From: Eremomyces bilateralis CBS 781.70
Lineage: Eukaryota
Assembly: GCA_010015585.1 (NCBI GenBank)
Contig: ML975149.1
Strand: one strand, 5' to 3'
Length of the DNA stretch: 34,495 nucleotides
Shown here: piece by piece, positions 1 through 12,785 of the stretch
How positions within the stretch are numbered: the first letter of the stretch is position 1
Layout: each line of letters opens with the position of its first letter
Notes under the pieces: model-generated
The model's input: only the letters and a program-made list of their open reading frames with translations
What the model was told of the DNA's origin: nothing
Database searches by the model: none
Position numbers and translations under genes: made by a program

Positions 1-264
1 CGGCGCTGCGAGATCCCCCTCTGCAAAAGTTGGCTATGTTTGTTGGTCGGAACATCTGGACGAGGCACCGCGCTCGTACTGAGCCCTTTTTTTTTAATAG
101 AGAAAATGTGCTTGCAATATCTATTGAACTCTGTATGTCATAGGCCTAAACCACCAAGGATTTAGTAAGCTGGTAACGCTGTTGAATTGCTAAAGAGAAA
201 AGGAAAAGATCTCTCTCACTGCGATCTGCTATTTACCTCTGTGAGCAAAAGGTCTACCTATCTC

Positions 265-442
265 CAAGGGGGGGCGCTTACTCATCTCGCGGATCAATAA
301 CTGGCAACTTCCAACCAAAATTTCCAACTTTACTACATATAATTTAATAAGATTTTCATAGGTTTATAAGAGCCCAAAGGTACAGAATTTTGGTGGAGGG
401 CCGCTCATCTGCCCCCGCGCGATGAGTAAGCGCCCCCCCTTG
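265..442. mobile_element. MITE-like non-autonomous DNA transposon (178 bp)
   Basis: 28-bp terminal inverted repeats with 1 mismatch: CAAGGGGGGGCGCTTACTCATCTCGCGG (265-292) vs the reverse complement of 415-442. AT-rich non-coding interior. CTC directly flanks both ends (262-264, 443-445). Confidence 0.7.
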
Positions 443-3067
443 CTCTTCTGCCTTAGGCCGCAAGGCCACAACACACAGACTGGGCGAAGCCCAAGGCTGT
501 CACACTGTATCTGTATTATACAATTTGATATTCCTATATCCCTATCATTTATGGTGTATTTCTGGGCGAATCTAGTTGTTCTGCTCGATCACGGAGTTTT
601 GATGAGGTTCGGGGGAGATTACGCTAACTAAATGGGTTTAGGTTGTGCACTTCAGCGACGACGACAAAGGGGATATTACTGTTACGCCAAGTCTGTGGGT
701 CTCTATGCCTCACAGGAAGGGTTTCTCAAACATTGCTTCCTGTGCAACGTGCACCTTTTGAGTATATTTTGCGAGAGCCCTCTTTCGAGATGAAATATGT
801 ACTTGTAGATAAGACATTGTTGTCGACTGTCGAGGTACGGGGTATATGACTTTCTATGGAACTTCTTCACAGAGATACTCCAAGATGAAGGACTGTATCC
901 TAGGGGGGAGCCACTTTTCAACTGTGGCGTTAATAAGGCGGGCAGAGGGTAGTTTGCTTATTCAATGCCATCGAAGAGTCCCTCAGATGCATCTCTCCTT
1001 CTCTAATAATCATGCTGCACCATATTGCTTGACCGTCACTCCATCTCCTCTCCACAGCAAGTGAACTTGACGCGTCTCTCCAAAAGACATGTCGAGATCC
1101 TCGAATTCGGACCGGATACCCGCCCATCTCGACTCAAACGAAGTTTGAATCGAGCTTGCCACGGCGCTCGAGATGGGTGGTAGGGCGGTGGCGCATGAGT
1201 CCTTGGACTACCGTTGAATGCTTCGACAACAGTACATATTTATTGCCTTTCGACGCTCAACCGTGCAGATATGATAGGAATCGGCGCAGTCGACGCCTTC
1301 ATTGAGCGGAATACCGAGTCCATTGCGCCTTCAAGACGCTGCTTTCAGTGCGGATAGCAGCGGAGCGCCCCATTCGGCACAGGCGACATGCCGATAGGGA
1401 CTGTGGAGAATCGATCCGGAGCATCCCTCCCACATCGTGGATGATGGATTCGGTGATTGCGTGGTCTTACGAAAAGTTAGACCAAGCTTCCGGGACTGCA
1501 TTTGAGAACTATATCTCGCGCACAAACACGATCGCAGAATCTAGAACAATAGACAACCACGCTAGGAACCACGTGCAGCATATTTTCCGATCTCCTCTAG
1601 GAAGTAAGAACGCAGCCGTGATCGCTACGATGGAAGAACTGCAGAGTTTCTTCTCGACGCAAAGCTCAGTTCGCCTACCCAGGAGGTATAATTCCCCAGC
1701 CAGGACCGCGCAGATACTTTCAATAGTCGCGATGGTGGGAACCGTCGGATGATATCCGATAACCCGATCCCATGGTTTTGAGACTTGAGCGTGAATTGAC
1801 AGACGATGCTGGTGCCTAGTTTAGGAATGCATCAGTGCTTCCCTTTGGTGCAATGAGGAATCCGACTCTTGAAACCCCACACTATTTTCAGTTGCGCTAA
1901 GAGTACTCCGCAAATTCCGAATGGTTGTTAGCCTTCAAGAATGTCATGCCTCGGTTGAGGCTCATTTATTAATATGGCACGGAAAGGCCAGAACAAGAGA
2001 GTTCTACGTGCTCTCTGGCATACTTGGAGATCGGCTTCTACAAGACTACGCCCCGATGGTGAGGTCAACAATACAAGCAGCTTTTGGGGAGCCAGAATAA
2101 GTACAGGTGCACTCCAGAGTCCAGACTCCAAGCTGCGGATGAATCCTCCAGGCCTGGTCCCTGGAGCAGGGTTACATGGCTTATTTTGCAGTTCGAGGGT
2201 TCGACACATTCCATGTTCCTAGTCTATTGACTCCGCATGTCCCAGGTATCAACACCCCGGAAGGTATCGGCGCATCGCAGACCTGGCGTCTGGTAAATGG
2301 TAATGCCAATAGCCAACTTCGTCACCTTGTCACGCGTGAGATGATTCATGAGGAGTGGAAGATTGTTGGCCTTCCTATCGCAAGCACACCAAAAAAGCTC
2401 TTGGGGTTGTTCTACCATGTAGGTAAGTATGTGCCTTTCAAGTTATCTTCGACGCACCGGCTCAATATCAAGAACTCTATATTCATAGGATTTTCTTTCT
2501 TGGTGTCAATACTAGACCTCGACGGAAGACCAGAGTATGAAAATTTAAAGACAGGAAATAAGGAAGTCGACAATTGCACCACGAGACATCATCCTAGTCA
2601 TTCTCCGCATTAGCGTCTCCGTCGAACGCTATCCGCCCTTCCAGAAGCCCCTAAGCGAAGCAAATCCGGAGATATCTCCATTTTCTCTTACGCGCCCCAT
2701 GCAAGTTCTTTGCTCGAGCCTCGAACCTGCCCAAGCTCGAGCTAATGCAGGTCCTATTCCTTTAACAATCAAAACTGTTCAACAACCGTCAGTGACCGGA
2801 TGGTCAGACTGGCGACTGCAAAACAGCCATGCAAGCCTTCTGGAATCAGCTGTGGCGCTAGGATCGTAATTTTATTCCCAAGCACCGTGGCCACGACGGA
2901 ATGCGGACCGAATCCGGGGCCAGGAGAGGAATAGGGAAAGGTACGGTAGAGCGGTACCTTGCCCGGTATGGACGGAATGGGGAAGTATAAATACATATAG
3001 ATGAGAAGAGCTAGGAAGAAGCAGAAGTGGATTTCAACCAGTTCATCTTCGATCACCAGTCTTCAAT

Positions 3068-4537
3068 ATGCGGTTTACTCTTGCTGCTGTGGCTCTCTCG
3101 AGCCTGGTTGGATCTGTCCTGTCAGCTCCTACCGCGAGCGATCTCGAGGCTCGTTGGGAGTTTGAAAGAGAGATCGTCCAGAGAGGCGCCTCGGATCGCT
3201 CGTTGGAGCTCTTAGCCCAGCTTCAGAACACTCAAGCTGGACCAGCGCCCCAATCAATTGAAGGTTAGTGGTTCGACCTGTCGTATGATACTTTGCTGAT
3301 CCTTCACAGAGGCGCTTGCTTCAATAACACTGGTCCTCCAGATCGGCGACGGCATATATGACCTTGCAGTGGCGTTGATCGCGGCAGGCTTTGCTCCAGG
3401 AGACATCAGTTCTATTCTCTCCACCTACTCCATTGGAGACAACTCGCCGTTCAACATCAATCTTCGATCCCCCCAGGGTGATCGGATATTCCCCAAGAAG
3501 TCGCCGTCGGATGCGCCATACTCGATCCCCGAAATCATCCTTCGAGGAGCGATCCGTATCCCATCTTCTTTTACATATGGCCAGAAACCACCTCTCCTCA
3601 TGGTCCCCGGAACTGGGTCAACTGGAGGGATCAGCTTCGGCGGCAATTTCAGGAAGCTGTTTAAGAATGTGGCATACGCTGACCCTGTCTGGTTGAACAT
3701 TCCGGGCTTCCTGCTAAACGATGCGCAAGAGAATGCGGAGTTCGTCGCTTATGCGATCAACTACATCTCAGGAATCTCGCAGAACAAGAATGTGAGCGTC
3801 ATTGCTTGGTCTCAAGGCAACCTCGACGGTAAGTCAATCTAGCGGAGATATGGTAGCAACAATACTAACCGTCTCAGCGCAATGGGCGTTTAAATACTGG
3901 CCAAGCACCCGCGCCATAACCTCCGACCTGATCTCCATTTCTCCGGACTTCCATGGCACTGTGACTGCCCTCCCATCTTGCCCAGGATACCCGACCGAAT
4001 CATGCAACCCCGCCATCGTGCAGCAAGATTACAACTCCAACTTCATCACCACGCTCCGATCCAATGGTGGCGACTCCGCCTACGTCCCAACCACCACGAT
4101 CTACACCAATACCGACCAGGTCGTCCAGCCACAGGATGGTACTGGCGCTTCGGCATATCTCTTGGATGCTCGCGGGGTTGGCGTCACGAACAACCAGATC
4201 CAGACCGTCTGCCCAGGCCTGCCTCCGGGTGTTAGCTACAGCCACGAGGGTATGCTGTTCAACCCTGTGAGTCATGCGCTTGCGGTGGATGCATTGACGA
4301 ATCCGGGGCCCGGGCAAGTCAGTCGAATTAACATGGCGACTGAATGCCTCAAGCTGGCCGCCGATGGGTTGACCACGGCTGACATCGTTGCGACGGAAGG
4401 TGAGCTAAGGACCAAGAGCCAGACTATTGAACCATTCTAATTATGCCTTAGGTAATAACATTATATCGGTTGTGGCCATTATCGTATATCCAGCGAAGGT
4501 CAATGCCGAGCCACCGATCAAGGCGTATGCTGCCTGA
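3068..4537 (+). CDS. Secreted lipase B (CALB-like alpha/beta hydrolase), 4 exons
   Basis: Signal peptide MRFTLAAVALSSLVGSVLS. Introns 3264-3309, 3829-3877 and 4400-4451 join the frames. CALB-type motifs: LLMVPGTG, nucleophile elbow AWSQG, ISPDFHGT, DQVVQPQ, SHEG and C-terminal EPPIKAYA. Stop TGA at 4535-4537. Confidence 0.9.
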
Positions 4538-4954
4538 GCAGGACTAGCACCAGGAGTTTAGTTGGACTAAGCGGTTGGGAATCCCACTTTGATAGTTTTG
4601 ATATAATGTAATATAGGATGCTCATAATTAGATCGTTCTACAGTGTCGTAACGATAATTTGGTTCAAAAATCAACCACTTGAGCAATTCATGGCGTTCAT
4701 GGACGACAGTGAGCATCTGACTAGCATTGTATACATGAAACTAATCATACATACCTAAATGAATACACCAAATCCCTACATCTCGCCCCCGTCTCCATAT
4801 GTACTGATGCCCAGACGTCTCAACTCCGGAAGAAAAGTCGCATCAACTTCACTCAAGGGAAGACTCTCGCCCCATCCTCTGATATTGTACTGAATCCTCA
4901 CTACGCTAGGTAATTCCTTGATTGATATCATTCCCTCAAGCCCAGCACGCTACA

Positions 4955-5582
4955 TCATCTCTTGCCCACGTTATATCGTCCATACGTTTCCTGGGACACC
5001 TCAACAAATCCCGGAGTGAAACTTCCCTCCCTCGCAGTAGAATGACCAACACCCTGCCCGTCTTCCGACTCCTTTTCTTTTCCCCGCAGTGACTCCTCCA
5101 CAACCGGGCTCAGGTATCGGCTCGTTGGTGGTCCACGGAAGTCTGGATGCATGGAAGAGCGGGAAGCAAGCGCCTCGCGGCTATGGTGTGCGGTACGTTT
5201 CATTGCGGACTTGGAGGGGGTCCTCTGAGACCTCAGGAACACTGCGCATCCGGTGATGAGGAGCCCGAAGACAAGGCCTAGGTATTGCTTTAGTAACGTT
5301 CCGAGTAGTCAAGGACTACGTAGAGGAGGGGAGTGGGATGGCTGCGCTGGGACACTTACCGGCCGTAGCTGCGCCGACGGTTGCTCCGATCCACGATGGG
5401 ATGGAAACGTGGTTCGCTGCATTTGGGAATCTGCCGAAGTAAGCAGGGTATACCGAAGACCATGTTGCTGTATGGATCGGGGAGGTGGAGCGGATAGAGT
5501 TTGTGGTCTTATCGGTCAACTTTGATCTTAAAATTCATTCCCGGTACCTGCTTACTGGGATGGCGGATGTTGTCGGTGCCAT
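4955..5582 (-). CDS. Small single-pass membrane protein (S/T-rich N-terminus, one TM helix, cytoplasmic tail), 3 exons
   Basis: ATG at 5582 (MAPTTSAIP). Introns 5555-5508 (GTAAGC..AAG) and 5359-5278 (GTAAGT..TAG) join two track ORFs in frame and create the TM segment WIGATVGAATAGLVFGLLITGCAVFL followed by RSQR. The C-terminal end is less certain. Confidence 0.6.
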
Positions 5583-6508
5583 GATTTAAGGCTAGGTTCA
5601 AAGTCCAGAAAAAGGAACAAAATTATCGGAATCGTCGGACAAAACGGAAACTCGACCCTTACCAGACACCTGGATGGTATAATACGTCGTTTAGGGGACA
5701 GGAACCTTTGGATTTTCATAGATATCTCTTCCACGCAGTTCTCAGTTCGTCCTGGATACTGCCTCTTAATGAACAGCCAGCCCTATCTTTTAGATAAATT
5801 CGTTGTTCGTACCGGCTCGAATAGTGGTTCCAAGACTAAGTACAACTGAGTACTGAGGGGAAGGCGACAACAGAAACGACGCTACCATGCAGGGCAGCCA
5901 TGAGAATAGATATTTACCGCAACAGTCATAGGACGCGTGACATTTGTGGCCATGTGAGAATGATCATATCAATAGGTGGCAAGGGATTGGCCATGAGTGT
6001 GAGTGAATTGTCGAACCGATCGAAAGAACGAACAGAAGAAGTACCAACGCATGAATCCAGCGGGAACTCCATTCCCTGACGTCCAACATCATTCATGAGG
6101 TTATTAGGTCCAATAGCGTTGGTCTGGTGCATGCATAGACTTTATTCTGCTGAAGGTGACGAAGAACAAACTTTGACGATAGGGTTAGGACCCTTCGCTG
6201 CTTGGGTGAGTCATGTTCGCGCTGCGGCCAAACGGGCGATTTGGAGATAAGTATGGTAGGACTCTGGAAGGGTTGGCATAAAACCGATACATGAACAGAC
6301 GATGACCAAAATATCAAGGTACATTGGGAATTGGGTGCGAGATGAATTGTAGATTTTTGTACACGCTAAAGCGCATTGCTTCACAGCCCAATTTGTGTCA
6401 AGGAAAGTCCGTAGCATGCAAATCGGCGCAGTACCAACGGATGCCTCGGTGTTTTCGTTTTACAGAAATAGCAAACCTAATCCGCCATCCTAGGATGCCA
6501 TCAGTCCC

Positions 6509-7617
6509 TCATGACAATTTACCCAACACGTATGGATGACCAGCGCTCAAACCACCGCAAACTGCCCACGCCTGTCCATTGACATAGCTCGCCTCATCGC
6601 TCCCCAAGAACAGAGCCACACGCGCGACCTCATCCGCCGCCGCGCCTCTTCGTAGCGGATTCAGCTGGCCAATCTTCTTCTCCGTTCCTCGCGCACGTGC
6701 CGCCGAGTACATGCCGGCGGTCATCCCCGTCTCGATGACGCCGGGGCAGATGGCGTTGCAGCGGATCCCGGAGCCCACGAGCTGGTACGCGCAGGTTTGC
6801 ATGAGTGAGACGACGGCAGCTTTGGAGGCGGAGTAGTCGGTGGCGCCGGCGTTGGAGCGCAGGCCGGCGACGGAGGCGGTGCCGATGATGGAGCCCGAGG
6901 GGAAGGGTTTTGAGGCGGAGGTTTTGCGCATGGCGATGGAAGCGTGTTTGGCGGCGAGGAAGACGCTGGAGAGAAAGTTGTTAGAATATGTCGCTCGTTC
7001 GGGGAGAGCAGAGGTGGAGAGGGAGTTACCTCAGCACATTCGTCCTCATCATGTTCATGAACGTATCTGCCTCCTCCTCCCAGAATACCTGCGCGTTCGC
7101 GATGCCCGCATTCGCGAAGAAGACGTCTAGTCGGCCATACTTGTCCAGGGCCTCCTGCACCACGCCCTTTACTGCATCCTCATTAGCCGCGTCGAATTGC
7201 CGAATGTGGACATCGACATTGGGGTAGAGCGATTCGAGCTCTCGTTTGTGGGTAGGGAGATATTGGTCGCTGAAATCGCAGAGGAACACGGCCTTGGCTC
7301 CGTTGTGAGCGAATTGGTGCGCGGAAGCGCGTCCGATTCCAAGGACAGAGTTGCATCCTGTGAACGACATCAGCTTCGGTGAGATCCCAATGGCAGTGGA
7401 ATGCTTACCGGTGACGATGACCACCTTGTCTTTCACGCGCCTGTTCGTGCTCAGCTTCTGCCATATCGACATGTACGAACTAAACTTACGGGCCAGCCGA
7501 ATCCCCAGCGATCCTCCGAATCTTTTGGATATCCTCGAACATTCCCGGATCCTGCGGGCCATTGGCGAGCTGTTCGCTCACTGCCTGAGGCGCGGCGACT
7601 TTTCCAGGGGACGGCAT
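6509..7617 (-). CDS. Short-chain dehydrogenase/reductase (classical SDR, FabG-like), 4 exons
   Basis: ATG at 7617 (MPSPGKVAAP...). After splicing: VVIVTGCNSVLGIG Rossmann motif, FANAGI, catalytic YSASK, NAICPG and VNGQAW. Three GT-AG introns. Confidence 0.92.
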
Positions 7618-7918
7618 TGTAGATTATAGAGTACAGTAGTTCAAATATAGCAAATATAGGATATATTCAAAGAAAATAGAAGAACCAACGGAGGCGCCAT
7701 CGGACTTGATGTACGACTCGGAGTCTCACTGCTATTACCGCCAATACCGCGCGGGGTGCCAGGATTGAATGAAGTTAGAGAGCGGGAGGCTGCCGAGGTT
7801 GTCCATTACTAACTCCATCTAAACTCTAAACGCGAGCGAGGCTTGGTGGACCGTGGAACAGGTTTAGCACTGACATAGTATCAATATTATCGGATAATAA
7901 CGCACTAATACACGCAAT

Positions 7919-9827
7919 ATGGCTCGACATAGGATTATCATCGATACAGACCCGGTACTTGAGTAGAATACCCTTGCTATTGTCAGTATACGCGACTGAG
8001 GCGCATACTATAGGGAATAGACGATATCTTAGCATTGCTGCTCGCACTATCGGCGTCACCAGAGGACTTGGAAGTTCTTTTGATTTCCCTCACATATGGG
8101 AATATTGATGTCGAAAAGTGTGTAATCCTATCCTTTGCGTTCTCTCTAGCCTGTTGGTGACCATTTGAGTCCAGCTGTCTTCGAAATGTGGTCTCCCTCT
8201 TCCACCACGTGGAGAAAGAGCGGGAATGGAGAAAGTCTAAAGGTCTCCCCGAGGGCTTTGATGCATTGGACGCAAGGAAGCCGATTGGTACAAATCCCTT
8301 TATATATATTGGTGATCGAAGTATTAACTGGTGCTAGTGGCCGTAGGCGCTGTGGGACCCCTCGCAGCCCAAATCATATTGGCGGACTACTACCGTAAGT
8401 GTCTCCCCTTGATGTGACATAGCACATGGCAGAGACTGAAGGAACCTAGACGGGATCGACGGACTTGGGGGTATCCATCATACTGTACGGTATCCTTCGC
8501 TGCCGTCTCGTAGACGTGGTGTCTTCGAAGCCTTTTTGAAGCCTTACGCTGACACAACTCCCAGCATCCTCATCTCTCCCCGGAAGCGACATGGAGACAT
8601 CTCTTCCAATCATCCCAAGCCGCCGACGACGACGCCATCCGCGACCAAAACCCCCCCAATCTCTTCATCCCCTCCAAACGGCCCGCCCATGAAGAAATCC
8701 TTCAGATCCTCCGGGACAACCCACCCGACACCATCACGATCGTGACCATCGGGCCCTTGACGAACGCCGCTCATGCAGCGGCAGTCGACCCGGAGACGTT
8801 CCTGCGCGCCAAGCAAGTGCTCACCATGGGCGGGGCGGTGGAACTCGAAGGAAATGTAAATGAATCCCTATCATCCCAGGCATATTCCCAGCTCCTTGAC
8901 ATTTCCCGTCATTCGTCGTGCCAAAGCAAGTGGCGGAGGCAGAGGCAGACACCACCACTTCCCCTCCCCACCAAATTCCCGAACCCCCCTCTCCATATCG
9001 AATATCGCTGAATATCAGAAACCAGATGAACCCCGTTGCAGAATTTAATATTTACGCCGATTCGATCGCTGCTGCTCGGGTCTTCGCGCTTTCGTCCCCG
9101 AAGCCGCTGAGCACCATGCCTCTAGTGCCACCTGCTAAGGAGGCTGGGGTCGCTGAAGACCCTTGCCTGGCTGCGTATCCGGCAACGTTGGGTAGGAGGT
9201 TGGAGTTGAAGCTGTTTCCTTTGGGTACGTACGGAAGTTCCATGCCATTCTTCGCGTTGTTTTTCTAGTAGGTGTGGAGCGTACTGACGAGGCCGAGATA
9301 TCACGACGACCCATAACCTGACACGCCAGTATTGGGACAAGATGATGAAGCAGCCACTTGAAGATGGATCGCCGCTGGCTCATTGGATGTCCGCATTTCT
9401 CGAATCGACGTTTCGAAAAGCCGAGGAGCTGTACCATCTCCGGCCGGAGGAGGTGGGATTGAATCTTCACGATCCACTGCCCATTTGGTAAGTTGTCGTT
9501 TTCGCCTCTCACCATCCGCTTCAACAATATGGTATTCATGACGATTGCAACAGGTACCTCCTCTCCGAAGCAGCTGGCGGGTGGACGCTCTCCAAGCCGA
9601 CTGATGTGCGCATCGAGACATCCGGCCAATGGACCAAAGGGATGTGCGTCATTGACAGACGCCCGAGGAAGCGTCGTGAGGAGGACGATGAGCGTGGGGA
9701 GATTCCTGGAGACTCGGGCGATTGGCTGAGCTGGAATTCCGGAAACCGCGTGAGCATCGTCAAGGATAGCCCCGGGGTGGATGTTGCGCAGCAAGTCCTC
9801 CTGAGGAGCATCTTGCACGGGTTGTGA
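7919..9827 (+). CDS. Inosine/uridine-preferring nucleoside hydrolase family protein, about 9 exons
   Basis: MARHRIIIDTDP|GIDD reconstitutes the DxDxxxDD motif across intron 7955-8013. Also TYGN, HGIDGLG, TIGPLTN, MGGA, PVAEFNIYAD, PLDIT, LHDP and IETSGQWTKGMCVID. Confidence 0.9.
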
Positions 9828-9863
9828 GGATCCACTCGCATAGATGAGGTGTCTTTTGTCGGT

Positions 9864-10660
9864 TTAGCTCAGCTTCTGTAGATAGCCTTGTTGGATGAGT
9901 CGCTCGACGTCGCTTTCCTTGACATAGAGCTGGCTGTTTTTAGACAGTGTGATGGCGCTGTCCGCACGTTAGTCTTCCAAATACATCTGGAATAAATGGC
10001 GAATACGAAACAATTGGAAACCGGTTGATACATACCCATACTCCGTCTGAATCTCCCCCGCATCCTTCAATACCCTCACATCAACAAACAAATCTCTCGG
10101 CGGCTCCAAGCTCCCCGTCAGGTCGATATCCGTCCATTGTCCTTTATACGCTGCCAGCAGATCGGAATAGCGCCTCACATACTCCTCTTCTTCGGGACTC
10201 AAATTCATCGCCGCCGCACCTCCCTGCCCTCCTTCTTCGCCGTTCCCCGCGCCGTCCCCACCCGCCTGCCGATCCAACACATCTACCCCCGCCCAGCACG
10301 CCTCCTCCAATTTCTGCGCACGCACTCGGTGATACGCTAGCAAGCACCGCTTGTTCCGGCGCATGGCGAGGTGGTTCACGAGGAGGGCGCATGCGGTGGC
10401 TGGGTCGTCCTGGGGGTTGAAGGTGGAGGGTGTGCCGGCTTGGGAGGCGGAGGTGTAGGGTTCGAGGATGCGGGCATTGTCGCGGTCGAGATCGCGGACT
10501 TCACGGACGGTGGAGCGGACGAGGTCGGTTTGGTAGGAGGGGAGGGAGGGGAGGTTTTGGACGCGTTTGGCGTCTCGGACCTGGAGCGGGGGTGAGTGAT
10601 ATGATCGTTTGGGAAAGGATACATGGAAGTTACCAGCTTGAGGCCTAACTCGCCGTACAT
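9864..10660 (-). CDS. PSF1: DNA replication complex GINS subunit Psf1, 3 exons
   Basis: MYGELGLKL|VRDAKR..., NHLAMRRNKRCLLAYHRVR, LSPEEEEYVRRYSDLLAAYKGQWTDIDLTGSLEPPRDLFVDVRVLKDAGEIQTEYG|AITLSKNSQLYVKESDVERLIQQGYLQKLS*. Stop TAA at 9866-9864. Confidence 0.95.
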
Positions 10661-10903
10661 TGTGGGCAACTAAGCATGAAATGGCGCCAAATCTCGGTTC
10701 TGAATAGCTTTTTGGATTTCGATTTTTGAATAAGTGTAAATATATGTTGACGCCCATCGCGACGTGGATCTGATACTGCAGCAATGGCGCGCCTAGTCCG
10801 CCGAGACAATATTTCCTCTCACCAACCTCCATCATCAGTTCATCACATTTCTCTCCCGAACCTCGTCAACTTCTCCTCCCTCATCTGGACCCCTTAAACT
10901 CAC

Positions 10904-11764
10904 ATGAGCCCGTCAATTGGGCCCATCCCCTCCGCCATGACATTTCCACGTCGCCTCCAACCCCTCTTCCACCGCCCCTCCCTCTCCCCCATTCTCCACG
11001 CCCGCTTCCCCCGACCTACCCCCTCCCCCTTCACAACCAGCGCCCTACGCCCCGCCGCCCGAAAACCCAAATCAAAAGCTCCCGTGCTCGAAAAACCGGA
11101 CGCGTTCCGACCCCCATCGCATGGCGCGCGGCTACCCCGACGGCGACCCGATGCCACGCGATATGGGCCGTCGTTGACGGAGGCGGAGGCGCAGACGCAG
11201 AAGACGAAGCAATATCCGCGGATGATGCCGCCGGAGGGGTCGTTTCTGCACTGGTTCCTGTCGGATCGGAGCATCCACGTATGGATATCGATGGTACGTA
11301 TTCAATTATCTATTCTAACGTTGGCTCGCTAATCCCGCAATCAGTCCGTCCTCCTCTCCCTCACCCTCGCCATGCTCCACAACCGCCTCTCCACCTTCCA
11401 GCAATCCGACCCCCTCGCCCTCGCCGTCGACCTCCCCCCGCCCTCCCACCTCATCACCCACCCGATCCGTACCATCCCGCAGTACCTCGCCATGTACCGC
11501 CTCACCGCCGAGCGCCGCAGCCAGGAGGTCGCGGAACGGAGACGGCAGCGGCAAGAGGATGCAGAGCGAAGGAGGGAGTTTCGGAAGGTGCATGGGGAGA
11601 CGGAGGGGTTCGAGGTGTTGGGGGTGAAGTTTGGGATGGAGGAGGAGGGGGAGAAGGGGGTGGAGAGCGCGGTGGATGGGGCGAGTCCGGTGGCAGTGGT
11701 GGGGCAGGGGGAGGATTTGGAGACGAGGAAGAAGCCGAAGAAGTGGTTTGGGATTTGGGAGTGA
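10904..11764 (+). CDS. Uncharacterised protein, probably mitochondrial single-pass membrane protein, 2 exons
   Basis: Arg/Ser/Pro-rich, acid-free N-terminus (presequence-like; the start could be 10937). PVLEKPDAFRPPSHGAR segment. Intron 11294-11344 (GTACGT..GCTAAT..CAG) joins two ORFs in frame and gives the hydrophobic stretch IHVWISMSVLLSLTLAML, then a charged coiled-coil-like region and C-terminal KKWFGIWE. Confidence 0.8.
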
Positions 11765-12785
11765 GGAGGCGCGAGGAAGAGAAGATGGACGTTGACGTAG
11801 AGACGGTTATGTACACTACGTTAAGGCCGTATATACCCTCATGTTGGAGAAATACGGCATGTATCAATATCACTCGACTCGAAGAAGTAACCACATCATT
11901 TTCCTTTATACTGAACTGCCAAAACGGTGCCTTAACTCCCCAAATTTCGATCCTGAATGAAAGTTCATCCCACCTAGAAATATGAGGACACCGTTCACCG
12001 GATCCAAGAATTCTTCACTGGAGACCAAGCCCTCACAACTCCAACCAGGATACATACCACCAGTCCCCAAGCATATTACGCATATTCAAACGGTCATTCT
12101 ACGATCACAATCACACCAACCCCACAACCCAGCAACTCAAACCAATGATATTGTCAAACTATCTCCAGTATTAAGGCCCTCTCCACCGGCCACCGCGCGA
12201 TCAAAAGCAGGGAAATGCAAAGCATCTTGGTATCAATAAGCAAAGCCAACGCAACAGACAGGGAAAAGCAGCGGAATCGCAATCCGATCCAGCCCCACGA
12301 GTCCGACCGAGCCCATACGAACCCGACCGACCCTCATGAGTCGAAACCGAACCACCATAATGTTCATGTCGAGGATCGATGATGATGATGTTGATGATGT
12401 CTGACGAACATAGGAAACAGGATGAAAAAAGCAACCAAGGAACGAATGCAGGAAAACTAAAACTAACAAACAACGAGACCGGGGTATCGGGTATAATTCG
12501 CAGCCCTGTCAAACCATCCCCTTTTCTTTCCATTCTTCTCTCCCACTCTCTCCTCCATGCCATCATATAAGGAACCCATTAAGAATCCGGAAAACGCGAG
12601 AAACATAGAAACCGTAGTGTGGTGGAGAAGGCATGAGTGAGCCGAGTCAAACCAAACCAACCGAACCGAACCGGATCGAGTTGAAGAAAAAAACACCGCA
12701 CCATACCATAGCGCAAAAACGACATCCCACACGAGCAAAAGAATCCAAGTATCCCACGAGCATCACCCTGAATACGTATCCTCCT

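Noticed and set aside
1348..2613. ORFs of 134 and 145 aa in the left intergenic region
   Set aside because: No recognisable motifs or coherent splice structure; a degraded gene cannot be excluded without a search.
9969..10835. 288-aa ORF taken as full-length PSF1
   Set aside because: It reads through upstream sequence and introns; the real start is ATG 10660 with two introns and a last exon ending at 9864.
12280..12680. ACCGA/CCGAC pentamer and GAT runs as an array-like feature
   Set aside because: Simple microsatellite-type 3'-UTR sequence with no repeat-spacer organisation; CRISPR is not applicable to this eukaryotic DNA.
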